Assembly (NCBI RefSeq): GCF_051307035.1
Contig: NZ_CP195536.1
Coordinates: 720,001-752,000 of the forward strand
Source: Psychrobacter sp. DM4
GTDB taxonomy: Bacteria > Pseudomonadota > Gammaproteobacteria > Pseudomonadales > Moraxellaceae
DNA length: 32,000 nucleotides
Direction: 5' to 3'
The notes beneath the pieces are model-generated. The model searched no databases and was not told the DNA's origin. It saw only the letters and a list, made by a program, of their open reading frames with translations. Below are positions 18,474 to 29,104 of this stretch, piece after piece (within the stretch, counting starts at the first letter, position 1; each line of letters starts with the position of its first letter). The position numbers were made by a program, and so were the translations under genes.

Positions 18474-18532
18474 AATTACTACGTCTCCTTATTATTGTTA
18501 TTGATGCCAAAAACAGCGCGAATGATCTGGTT

Positions 18533-18997
18533 TTATCGACGACCTGAATGACCAAAACCGCCTGCGCCGCGCACGCTGATATCAGCAAATTCAGTGACAA
18601 TCTCAAAATCAGGTCGTACAACGGGCACAACAATATACTGCGCCATACGATCAGCAGGATTTAAGACAAAATCCTCATCGCTACGATTCCATATACTGAC
18701 CATCAGTTCACCTTGATAGTCGGCATCGATTAATCCGACTAAGTTACCAAGTACAATACCATATTTGTGACCCAATCCTGAGCGTGGCAATATCATGCCT
18801 GCATAATTGGGATCAGCGATATAAACGGCTAGCCCTGTACCAATCAGATGCGTAGTTCCTGCTTTAATCGTCAAAGGCTCGTCTATACAGGCGCGCAGAT
18901 CGATACCTGCTGAGCCATCGGTTGCGCGCGTTGGCAGTGAAAATATATTGTCTTCTATCAGTTTAGGATTCAAAACTTTGACTTGTACCGCTTGCAT
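18533..18997 (-). CDS. dut: dUTP diphosphatase
   Basis: 154 aa, nearly collinear with E. coli Dut ([28 protein letters not shown]; C-terminal GGFGHSGR). Confidence 0.96.
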   Translation of the reverse strand: MQAVQVKVLNPKLIEDNIFSLPTRATDGSAGIDLRACIDEPLTIKAGTTHLIGTGLAVYIADPNYAGMILPRSGLGHKYGIVLGNLVGLIDADYQGELMVSIWNRSDEDFVLNPADRMAQYIVVPVVRPDFEIVTEFADISVRGAGGFGHSGRR

Positions 18998-19025
18998 AAC
19001 TTGCTCACTTTCTCATACATAGAGT

Positions 19026-20429
19026 TTATAGAATTAACACGCTGGCCAAGCCCAAAAACGACAGGAAGCCGACAATATCAGTCACTGTGGTCAGAATGAC
19101 TGAAGCAGATAGCGCAGGGTCGATATCCATGCGTTTGAGCATCAAGGGAATACTGATGCCAGAGACATTGGCGGCGGTCATGTTGATAGCAATAGCACAG
19201 CCAATCACGCCACTGATTCTGATGTCATGAAACCACAATTGGGCGATAAACGCCATGATTATCGCCCATATGATACCGTTTATCGCACCCACCCACAGCT
19301 CTTTATTAAGTAGCCAAACACGGTTAGAGCCCCCGATCTGACCCATAGCCATACCACGAATGACCACGGTAAGCGTCTGTGAGCCTGCGATACCGCCCAT
19401 ACTCGCCACAACCGGCATAAGAATAGCTAGTGCCACCACTTGCGCCAGTACCTCTTCGAATTGTCCAATGACTGCTGCGGCTAGGAGCGCGGTACCTAAA
19501 TTGATACCTAGCCATATGCTACGGCTTTTGGCGCTGGTTAAAATAGGTGCGAATAGCTCTTCGTCTTGACTGACACCCGCGAGGCTTTTCATCGTGTTAT
19601 CGACATCATCTTGGATAATCTCCATGATGTCCTCACCATTTAATTGTCCGACCAGCTCGCCAAAGTCATTGATAACGGGTGCATAACGGATATCTTCTGA
19701 GCGAAAAATCGCGGCGGCATCCTGAATATCTAAACGATCATTGATGGTGACTGCTGCATCAATAAAGTCTGCAACCAGTAAGTTTTGATTGTGTTTAATG
19801 AGATCTACTAGACTCAGTAGACCTAACAGCTGCTGGCTTTGATCCACAACCAATAGCTCTTGGCTTTGATCATCAAGTAAATCCTGCTCCGCACGTAGCC
19901 AGTCCTGAACGTGCGAGAGACTAATATCATCACGGACTTGAATGATATCTGGATCCATGTAGCTGCCTACTTCCCAATCCTCATAGGTGTCCAGCTTATT
20001 GACCTGAACGCGAATGTCCTCATCCAAAGTTGCCATTACTGAGGTACGCACGGTATCGGTGACGGTCTCTAAGATCTCAGAGATGTCTTGCGCGTCAAGG
20101 TCTTGGGTGAATAGGGAGATCTCCTTTGAGGAGATGTTCTCCATCAAAGGCTGGCGCGTCTCAACCTCTAGCTCTGCTAGAACTTCGCCCTTTAACTCCT
20201 CCGGTATCTGCTGCCAAATAAGCAGACGAGTTTGAGTTGGAAAAGATTCTAATAGGTTAGCAATCTCATATTCTGATTGCTTGGCCAAAAACTCAGTGAT
20301 CGCGTCATATGACTTGTCAGCGACCAACTCTTGAAGGTAAAGTAGCTTGTACTCAGCGCTATACTCTAACGGATTGTAGTCTACTGGTAGCGTGGTCTGA
20401 CGATTAGGATTTGGCGTAGTCGCAGGCAT
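19026..20429 (-). CDS. mgtE: Magnesium transporter MgtE
   Basis: The track ORF starts at a TTG (20435). I take the ATG two codons downstream (20429). The protein has the MgtE N-domain, a CBS pair and a five-TM C-terminal domain (GNLGTALLAA..., PLMLKRMDIDPALSASVILTTVTDIVGF). Confidence 0.9.
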   Translation of the reverse strand: MPATTPNPNRQTTLPVDYNPLEYSAEYKLLYLQELVADKSYDAITEFLAKQSEYEIANLLESFPTQTRLLIWQQIPEELKGEVLAELEVETRQPLMENISSKEISLFTQDLDAQDISEILETVTDTVRTSVMATLDEDIRVQVNKLDTYEDWEVGSYMDPDIIQVRDDISLSHVQDWLRAEQDLLDDQSQELLVVDQSQQLLGLLSLVDLIKHNQNLLVADFIDAAVTINDRLDIQDAAAIFRSEDIRYAPVINDFGELVGQLNGEDIMEIIQDDVDNTMKSLAGVSQDEELFAPILTSAKSRSIWLGINLGTALLAAAVIGQFEEVLAQVVALAILMPVVASMGGIAGSQTLTVVIRGMAMGQIGGSNRVWLLNKELWVGAINGIIWAIIMAFIAQLWFHDIRISGVIGCAIAINMTAANVSGISIPLMLKRMDIDPALSASVILTTVTDIVGFLSFLGLASVLIL

Positions 20430-20480
20430 AATCAATCCAATAAGTTAAAGTTATCAAAAGTAGAGGGTATGCACTAACGT

Positions 20481-22514
20481 TTAGCGGTTGCCTAATAACG
20501 CACGAATATTAGCCAGATACTCATCAGCAACGGCCTCTGGATCTTTGGTCGCTTTTTTCTTTTTGGCTTTGGCAGGCCAATCGAGATGATCCTCTGGTAG
20601 CTCATCCAAAAACCGTGATTCTGAGGTCACGCGCATCTGCCCGCCAGCTCGGCGCTGCGTTGCCAAGGTTAATGTCAGCTCACGACGCGCACGGGTAATG
20701 CCGACATACATCAAACGCCGCTCTTCTTCAACCGTCTCGCTCAAGATGGAGTTTCGATGCGGTAGCATCTCTTCCTCCAATCCCATGATATAAACAAAAT
20801 CAAACTCCAAACCTTTAGCCGCATGCAAGGTCATTAAGTTTACTTTATTGGTATTTTCTTCTTCTTGCTGCTGTTCGAGCATATCGAGTAAAACAAGTTT
20901 GCGAATAATGGTATCAATAGTACGATCTTCGTCTTCTTCAGCGCGATTAATCAGCGATTGAATACTGGTATAGAGCATATCGATATTGTCGATACGGTTT
21001 TTTTCTTGCTGCGGGGTTTTAGCATCGCTACGCACAAAATCAATATAACCCGTCTCATCTATCATCTGACGCACGATTGGCACGGGGTCCGGGTGCTGAT
21101 CAAGCTCACGAGTATAGTGCTCGATAAAGTCGCCGAACTCTTTGAGCGTGCCATAAGCTTTGCTCGGCAATACATGAGACAGACCACCATGAGTACAAGA
21201 GGCGAGTAGTGAGATACTATGCTCTTGTGAGAACAGTCCTAATTTTTCAAGGGTCGCAGGTCCCATACCGCGCTTGGGCGTATTGATAATACGCAAAAAC
21301 GCACTATCATCCTCAGGGTTTAGAATCAGGCGCAAGTAGCCCATGATATCTTTGATCTCACTACGAGCAAAGAACGACTGACCGCCCGATAGCTTATAAG
21401 GTATCTGTAATTGACGCAGTTGTGCCTCTAGCATACGTGCTTGAAAGTTGCTGCGATAGAGCACCGCGTACTGCTCCCACTCATTACCAAAACGCAGTTT
21501 ATGAGTGATGATTTCTTTTGCCACCCGCTCAGATTCGTCATCATCGTTACGGCAATTGATAATACGGATTTTTTCGCCTTGACCTTTATCTGACCACAGC
21601 TTTTTTTCAAATAAATGCTCGTTATTGGTAATCACCGCATTAGCAGAGGTCAAAATACGACTGGTCGAGCGATAGTTTTGCTCAAGCATAACGATTTTGA
21701 GTTTAGGGAAGTCTTCTTTGAGCAGCGCCATGTTTTCAGGTTTTGCGCCGCGCCACGCGTAGATTGACTGATCGTCATCACCCACGACGGTGAAACGCCC
21801 TTGCGGCCCGACCAGATACTTAATCATCTCGTACTGAGCAGTATTGGTATCTTGATATTCATCAACGAGCAAGTAGCGAATACGGTTTTGCCATTTATCA
21901 CGCAGCTCGCGGTTTTCACGCAGGATTTTAGTCGGCAGTACGATTAAATCATCAAAATCGACCGCATTATACGCTCGCAAGTTACGCTCGTATAAAGCAT
22001 AGAGAGTCGCAAAAATCATCTCTTCTGGGTCGTCCAAGGTCTCCATCGCTTTATCAGGTTCGATCAGATCATTCTTCCAGTCGGAAATCATCTTAATCGC
22101 TTTGCCCACCAGCTCACGACTTTCAGCGCCTGATAGGTTGTCACGCATCATAAGCTCCATCAGCAAACGCTTGCTGTCATCGCTGTCCATGATAGAGAAG
22201 TTACCCTTGAGCGGCGTATGCATCAGCTCATAACGCAAAAACTGTAAGCCAAACTGATGAAAGGTTGAAACCGTCAATCCACGTGTCTTTTCGCTGGGCA
22301 TCAACTTGCTGACCCGCGCTTTCATCTCACGCGCCGCTTTATTAGTAAAGGTCACCGCCGTAATGCGCTCAGCGGGCATGTTGCATTCTTCGATAAGATA
22401 CGCAATTTTGCGGGTAATAACCGAGGTCTTGCCTGAGCCTGCGCCTGCCAATACCAAGAGCGGCCCTGATACATAGAGCATGGCTTCTTTTTGTCTAGGA
22501 TTAAGTTGACTCAT
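20481..22514 (-). CDS. rep: ATP-dependent DNA helicase Rep (UvrD/Rep superfamily 1)
   Basis: The track ORF is extended upstream. The ATG at 22514 gives [41 protein letters not shown], matching E. coli Rep [40 protein letters not shown]. The product is 677 aa against 673 aa for E. coli Rep. SF1 motifs are present: [32 protein letters not shown] and YVGITRA. Confidence 0.9.
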   Translation of the reverse strand: [677 protein letters not shown]

Positions 22515-22708
22515 ATGATGACCTTCATAAAAAATGTGACAAATAGTACAAAACCAAAAAGGATAAACGCAGCTTAGCTTCAATCAGAGCAGTAGCCTAT
22601 CTAAAACTACAAAATGAGCTATCCTGATGGTAACGCAAGACAAATAGTAGCAAGATATGCGCAAAATCTGGTGGGTTATTATAAAGCAAAAGAATGAGTT
22701 TTTGGGGT

Positions 22709-22737
22709 TTGGTCTAAAGATAGCGAGATGATATTAT
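22709..22737 (+). promoter_or_regulatory. Candidate sigma70 promoter on the + strand with no + strand gene nearby
   Basis: TTGGTC (22709-22714), 17-nt spacer, TATTAT (22732-22737). Sequence match only. Confidence 0.3.
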
Positions 22738-22743
22738 GCGAAA

Positions 22744-22815
22744 AAGAATAGTAAAATTAAGCAACATGATGTCAGTCTAGTGGGTTAACTGACGTCATGT
22801 TTTTGAGCTTTTTAG
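22744..22815 (+). ncRNA. Hypothetical ~70-nt small RNA: AU-rich 5' part plus terminator hairpin
   Basis: Bounded by the candidate promoter above and the + oriented terminator below. No homology claim is made. See findings. Confidence 0.2.
22763..22815 (+). terminator. Strong hairpin with T-tracts on the + strand, 20 nt beyond the hemB stop (may also serve hemB on the - strand)
   Basis: 14-bp stem aacatgatgtcagt / actgacgtcatgtt with one G-T pair and an 11-nt loop, followed on + by tttt-gagc-ttttt. On the minus strand the trailing sequence (gcttaatttta) is a much weaker U-tract. Confidence 0.6.
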
Positions 22816-22835
22816 TATTGTAGACAAATTAATCG

Positions 22836-23852
<1,017 letters not shown>

Positions 23853-23884
23853 TTATTATTTTAAAAAGTGACAACTGTAAAAGT

Positions 23885-23906
23885 AAAAAAGCCCCGCCAA
23901 AGCGGC
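23885..23906 (-). terminator. Weak putative terminator after the RND operon
   Basis: The minus strand reads ccgc-tttg-gcgg followed by ggc-tttttt, 50 nt after the OMF stop. The GC stem is only 4 bp. Confidence 0.4.
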
Positions 23907-23955
23907 AGAGCTGATCTTATTTTCGATAACTATGACTCACTCTTGAACGAACAAC

Positions 23956-25803
23956 TTATGGCTCACCAATTTGTGTGACTGGTACGGTTTCAACGCGACT
24001 TTCATCAATCAGTAAACCCACAGCCGCGTCAGCATCGTTGTCATTATCAATATCGACGATAGCGGTTGGTTTGAAAGTCATGTCATCCGAGCTTTCAGCT
24101 TGCTTGATGGCGATGGCGTCGGTCATGGAGACTACACGTGCTGAGCTAGCAGCGTCAATCGCCTGGGCAGCTTTGGCTTCCGCATTGTTAGTGACCAAAG
24201 TTGCGATATTGGTCAAGTTGGTGTACTGCGGCACAGGGATAGCGGTAGTAGGCACATCGAGATTAGCACCGCCGCCGAGCGCTTGATATAGCTCAATTTG
24301 ACTGATTAATTTTTGCAATTCTAAATCTAAGATACCTTGCTGCGTCGAAAATAGGGAACGCTGAGCATCAAGGACATCTAGATAGTTTGAGATACCGGCC
24401 TTGAATCGTGCATTAGCGATCTCATAGGTTTGATCAAAGTTATCTTGTAAGCGGTACTGCGATGCCAACTGCTCGCCTAAAGTAGCACGCGTGGCTAGCA
24501 CATCTGAGACTTCGCGAAAGGCAGTTTGAATGCTTCTCTCGTACTGAGCAAGGTTTTGCTTGCGCTCAACTTGCGCCACTTCATAATTAGCATCGAGCAG
24601 GCCACCATCAAAGATAGGTACGCTGAGATTGGGACCAAACGACCAACCAAAGGAGTCACTATCGAATAGATCACTCAAGCCATCACTACGCAGACCTACG
24701 CTACTAGCAAGGCTAATCGTTGGGAAGTAAGCGGCGCGCGCCACATCGATATTGGCACCAGAGGCCTTGAGATTATACTCTGCCTGTAAGACATCAGGGC
24801 GATAGCGGAGGAGCTCACTGGGTAGACCTGCGCTAAAGACTTGATGGGTTGTGATATTGCTGACCGCAGGCGCTGGGATCAGCTCGCCTGGTATTGGGGC
24901 GCCAAGCAAAAACTGTAGTGCGTTGCGTGAAGTTAAAATACTACTTTGCGCTCGCAGGACCGCAAGGCGTGCATTCTCAAGTGCAGCTGATGATTGCAAA
25001 GAAGGCAATTTAGGATCGATACCTGCTTTAAAGCGCGCGTCAGCAATAAACAGTGAGCGTTCACGACTCTCAACGGTCGCTTCTGCCAGTCGAAGCTGCG
25101 CTAAGCTATAACTCAAGTTAGCATAGCTTTGAGCAATGTTACTAATTAGGCTAATTTTGGTCGCGTCTTTAGCTGCTGTCGTTGCCAAAAAATTCTGTAA
25201 CGCTTGATCTTTTAGGCTATCAATCCGGCCCCAAAAGTCTAGCTCATAGCTGGCAAGACCTAAGTTCACACCGTAACTGTCTGATGTTTGACGACCGCCA
25301 ACACTACCACCGCCAGGCAAGCTGGTTCGAGGCGTGGCTTGGCTTTGGCGAGAGTAGTCCACTTGACCATTGATCGTGGGTAGATCACGAATATCGGTAA
25401 TGCGGTACTGCGCGCGCGCACGCTCAATCGCTAGGCGTGCACTCTCAAAGTCTTTGTTATTGTCTAGCCCCAAAGCGATGAGGGCCTTTAGACGCTCGTC
25501 GCTATAAAAGTCCTGCCAGCGTTGTCCTGCTAAGCTTGGCTGCTGCGGGGTGCTGACGGTTTCTTTATCAAAGTTGCTGTACGACTCATTGATTGGAATA
25601 TTAGGCTGAGCCAATACAGGAGTCGTATCTACCTTAGGTATAGTGTTGCAGGCGGCCATGCTTATTGCCAATACACTTAAGCCTAGCAGGCGAGTAGAGC
25701 GACCCACTAAGGTTTGTTTGAATGGTATACAAGCAAGCGTCAGTCTTTTGGCAGTGACTGATTTGCTGGTCGAATGAACCGTAATAAAGGGGCTAATATT
25801 CAT
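23956..25803 (-). CDS. RND efflux outer-membrane factor lipoprotein (NodT/OprM family) with a 102-aa C-terminal extension
   Basis: 615 aa with lipobox ISMAAC (Cys52) and two OEP repeats. The canonical family end LYQALGGG is followed by 102 additional residues. The ATG at 25803 overlaps the pump stop (ATGA, 25800-25803) and has a GGAG SD. An in-frame GTG at 25707 would give a more typical 20-aa lipoprotein signal peptide but lacks an SD. Confidence 0.88.
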   Translation of the reverse strand: MNISPFITVHSTSKSVTAKRLTLACIPFKQTLVGRSTRLLGLSVLAISMAACNTIPKVDTTPVLAQPNIPINESYSNFDKETVSTPQQPSLAGQRWQDFYSDERLKALIALGLDNNKDFESARLAIERARAQYRITDIRDLPTINGQVDYSRQSQATPRTSLPGGGSVGGRQTSDSYGVNLGLASYELDFWGRIDSLKDQALQNFLATTAAKDATKISLISNIAQSYANLSYSLAQLRLAEATVESRERSLFIADARFKAGIDPKLPSLQSSAALENARLAVLRAQSSILTSRNALQFLLGAPIPGELIPAPAVSNITTHQVFSAGLPSELLRYRPDVLQAEYNLKASGANIDVARAAYFPTISLASSVGLRSDGLSDLFDSDSFGWSFGPNLSVPIFDGGLLDANYEVAQVERKQNLAQYERSIQTAFREVSDVLATRATLGEQLASQYRLQDNFDQTYEIANARFKAGISNYLDVLDAQRSLFSTQQGILDLELQKLISQIELYQALGGGANLDVPTTAIPVPQYTNLTNIATLVTNNAEAKAAQAIDAASSARVVSMTDAIAIKQAESSDDMTFKPTAIVDIDNDNDADAAVGLLIDESRVETVPVTQIGEP

Positions 25804-28800
25804 TGTGTATTGTCTCCAAAGCTTGCTGTCTGATAACTCTCAGAGGTAACCAAAGTTTGAGTATCATCAGTTGGGGAACCGCTAGGGCCGTCTTCATTGC
25901 TATTTTCTGCATGGTTATCGTCATCTGGATCACGCGGCTTATTGTTTTCGTATTTGTGTGGAAACAAGCTACGTACCCAAATATAGAACATAGGGATAAA
26001 GAACACCCCTAAGAACGTCGCAGTAAGGACACCGCCGACGACACTCGTACCAATAGCGTTTTGACTACCAGAACCAGGACCGCTCGCAATGAACAAGGGC
26101 ACAACACCTAAGCCAAAAGCGAGAGAGGTCATAATAATAGGACGCAGACGTTGACGTGCTGCGGTCATAACAGCCTCTTTAAGACTATACCCTTCTTCCT
26201 GGTGCTCTTTTGCAAATTCAATAATTAAGATAGCATTCTTGGCAGAGAGACCGACGACTGTGAGTAGACCAACCTGCAAGTAAATATCATTGGCAAAACC
26301 TCTTAGCCAAGTAAATATGACTGCGCCTAAAACCCCAAGAGGAATAACCAAAAGTACTGAGAACGGAATAGACCAGCTCTCATATAACGCGGCCAAACAT
26401 AAAAAGACGACTAAGATAGATAGAGCATAGAGCATAGGGGCCTGTGCACCAGATTTTTGCTCTTCAAGTGACATGCCTGTCCACTCATAGCTCACGCCTT
26501 CAGGCAACTCACTTATCATCGCCTCCATCGCGCTCATCGCCTCGCCAGTACTGAGACCAGGTGCAGCGTTACCTTGAATATTCATAGACGGTAGGCTGTT
26601 ATAGCGAGTCAAACGGGGTGAGCCTGATTGCCATTCGCTATTAGAAAACGCATCGAATGAGATCATATCACCCGTCTCATTACGCACATACCATTTACCA
26701 ATATCATCAGGATTAGTACGGCTGTTAGGTTCTCCTTGTACAAAAACGCGCTTGATACGACCACGATCGATAAAGTCATTGATGTAGCTTGAACCCCAAG
26801 CCGTTGAGATGACGCTATTGATATTACCAAGCGATAAGCCGTAAGCAGCTGCCTGCTCTTGATTAATATTGACTTTGAGCTGCGGCGCATCTTCTTGTCC
26901 GTTCGGACGCACGCCTGCGACTTGCTCGTTCTGCGCAGCCATACCGAGCAGCATGTTACGAGCCTCAAGCAATCCGTCATGCCCAAGGTTGCTAGAGTCC
27001 TGAATCATTAAATCAAAACCACTGGCATTACCAAGCTCAGTAATAGCGGGAGGGACAATAGCGAATACTTGTGCTTCGTTCAATTGGGTAAAGAAATAGC
27101 CCATTGCTCGACCAGCAACAGCCTGCGCGGTATTGTCGCCGCCGCCGCGTGCCTCCCAGTCAGAAAGCCGTACAAACGCCAGTCCCATATTTTGCCCATT
27201 TCCGGCAAAACTAAAGCCTGCAATCGTAAACACAGAGGCGACATTATCGGTCTCTTGGGTATCATAATACGTTCGTACTTTTTCTAGAACGTCTTGGGTC
27301 TCATCGAGCGTGGAGCCCGCTGGGAGCTGGACTAAGGTAAACATAATACCTTGATCCTCCTCTGGCAAAAACGAGCCTGGTATACGCAAAAACACCACGA
27401 CCATAACACCGATGATAGCTGCGTAGCCGATAAAATATAACCACTTAAAGCGGATACTCTTACCTACAAAACCTTCGTATTTTCGGCTAAGTGTAAAGAA
27501 ACCACGGTTAAACCAACCAAAAAACCCTTTTTGCTTTTCAGTGTTGCCTTTTTCGTGGCTCTTGCTACGTTTGAGCAAAGTCACACAAAGGGCCGGAGTA
27601 AAGATAAGCGCGACCATTGCTGAGAGCACCATTGCGGTGATCAGTGTGATTGAGAACTGACGATAAATGACACCTGTTGAGCCCCCAAAGAAGGCCATCG
27701 GTACAAATACTGCGGACAAAATCAGCGCGATACCGATAACGATCTTGCTAATTTCGCCCATCGATTGAATGGTCGCGTCTTTAATAGAGATATCTGGATC
27801 TTCTTCTAAGATACGCTCGACGTTCTCTACGACGACGATGGCATCATCGACTAGTAGTCCAATGGAGAGGACCATCGCAAACATAGTCAAGACGTTGATA
27901 CTAAATCCTGCGACATACAAGACCGCAAAAGTACCTAGCAGAACGACTGGAACCGCTAATGTTGGAATAATAGTCGCGCGCCAATTTTGTAAAAAGACGA
28001 ACATAACGATAAACACGAGTACGATCGCTTCGATCAGCGTCATGACAACTTGTTCAATAGACAAGCGTACAAATGGTGTGGTGTCATAAGGAACAACTGA
28101 GGCCAGACCGGTTGGGAAGCTGGCTTCAAGCTGTGCCATGCGAGCGCCTACTGCTTCACGGGTTTCTAGCGCATTAGCACCACCCGCCAAAGAGATACCT
28201 AAAGCTGCGGCTTGTTGCCCATTATATTGAGAGACAACGCCATAATTCTCACTACCGATTTCAACATCGGCCACGTCACCTAAGCGGACTTGAGCGCCTG
28301 CAACGTCTGTCTTTAATAAAATATTGGCGAATTCTTCAGGGGTCTGTAGATAGCTCTGTACTGTAACCGTAGCATTAATAACTTGCTGATCAGTGTCCGC
28401 TGGCGCTTGTCCTAATTGACCTGCTGAGACCTGAGCATTTTGCGCGCGAACCGCATTGACAACATCACTTGGTACCATATTGTAGCTACGCAAGCGACTG
28501 GGATCGAGCCAGATACGCATAGCATAGGTAGAACCAAATAACTGTACCTCACCAACGCCTTCGACGCGGCTTATCGGATCGACGATATTTGAGCTGATAT
28601 AATCAGCAATATCGGAGCGATCCATAGTGCCATCTTCTGAGATAAAAGCCTCTACCATCATAAAGCTACTAGAGGATTTGTTGACATTGACCCCTTGCCG
28701 CTGAACAGACTCAGGCAATGAGCTCATTGCTGATTGTAGCTTGTTCTGAACTTGCACTTGCGCGGTATCAGAATCGGTACCGTTCTCAAAGGTAAGCGTA

Positions 28801-29069
28801 ACCGTAGCGCTGCCATTAGAAGAGCTTGATGATGATATGTACATCAGACCGTCAAGACCTTTCATGCGCTGCTCAATGATCTGCACCACTGAGTTCTCAA
28901 CAGTCTGAGCGTTTGCTCCAGGGTAGCTTGCACTGACTGAAATAGTCGGCGGCGCAATACGTGGATACTGCTCAATCGGCAAGTTAATGACCGATATGAC
29001 CCCAATAAGCATGACCAATATGGCCATTACCCATGCAAAAATAGGGCGATTAATAAAAAAACGTGACAT
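25800..29069 (-). CDS. RND multidrug efflux pump, HAE1 family (AcrB/MexB/AdeJ-like)
   Basis: 1089 aa. The N-terminus MSRFFINRPIFAWVMAILVMLIGV...QYPRIAPPTISVSASYPGANAQTVENSVVQIIEQ is typical of AcrB/AdeJ. It has 12 TM segments, two large periplasmic loops and an acidic tail of about 50 aa. Confidence 0.95.
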   Translation of the reverse strand: MSRFFINRPIFAWVMAILVMLIGVISVINLPIEQYPRIAPPTISVSASYPGANAQTVENSVVQIIEQRMKGLDGLMYISSSSSSNGSATVTLTFENGTDSDTAQVQVQNKLQSAMSSLPESVQRQGVNVNKSSSSFMMVEAFISEDGTMDRSDIADYISSNIVDPISRVEGVGEVQLFGSTYAMRIWLDPSRLRSYNMVPSDVVNAVRAQNAQVSAGQLGQAPADTDQQVINATVTVQSYLQTPEEFANILLKTDVAGAQVRLGDVADVEIGSENYGVVSQYNGQQAAALGISLAGGANALETREAVGARMAQLEASFPTGLASVVPYDTTPFVRLSIEQVVMTLIEAIVLVFIVMFVFLQNWRATIIPTLAVPVVLLGTFAVLYVAGFSINVLTMFAMVLSIGLLVDDAIVVVENVERILEEDPDISIKDATIQSMGEISKIVIGIALILSAVFVPMAFFGGSTGVIYRQFSITLITAMVLSAMVALIFTPALCVTLLKRSKSHEKGNTEKQKGFFGWFNRGFFTLSRKYEGFVGKSIRFKWLYFIGYAAIIGVMVVVFLRIPGSFLPEEDQGIMFTLVQLPAGSTLDETQDVLEKVRTYYDTQETDNVASVFTIAGFSFAGNGQNMGLAFVRLSDWEARGGGDNTAQAVAGRAMGYFFTQLNEAQVFAIVPPAITELGNASGFDLMIQDSSNLGHDGLLEARNMLLGMAAQNEQVAGVRPNGQEDAPQLKVNINQEQAAAYGLSLGNINSVISTAWGSSYINDFIDRGRIKRVFVQGEPNSRTNPDDIGKWYVRNETGDMISFDAFSNSEWQSGSPRLTRYNSLPSMNIQGNAAPGLSTGEAMSAMEAMISELPEGVSYEWTGMSLEEQKSGAQAPMLYALSILVVFLCLAALYESWSIPFSVLLVIPLGVLGAVIFTWLRGFANDIYLQVGLLTVVGLSAKNAILIIEFAKEHQEEGYSLKEAVMTAARQRLRPIIMTSLAFGLGVVPLFIASGPGSGSQNAIGTSVVGGVLTATFLGVFFIPMFYIWVRSLFPHKYENNKPRDPDDDNHAENSNEDGPSGSPTDDTQTLVTSESYQTASFGDNTQ

Positions 29070-29104
29070 AGTATATCCCTAAGTCTTCCTATCTTTGGAC
29101 GGAA

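Noticed and set aside
22614-22780. Small + strand ORFs in the rep-hemB spacer. One is 27 aa (22614-22697, MSYPDGNARQIVARYAQNLVGYYKAKE). The other is 14 aa (22736-22780, MRKRIVKLSNMMSV) and runs into the hairpin.
   Set aside because: Neither has a Shine-Dalgarno sequence. The second ATG overlaps the candidate -10 hexamer and would not be in the predicted transcript. Nothing supports coding.
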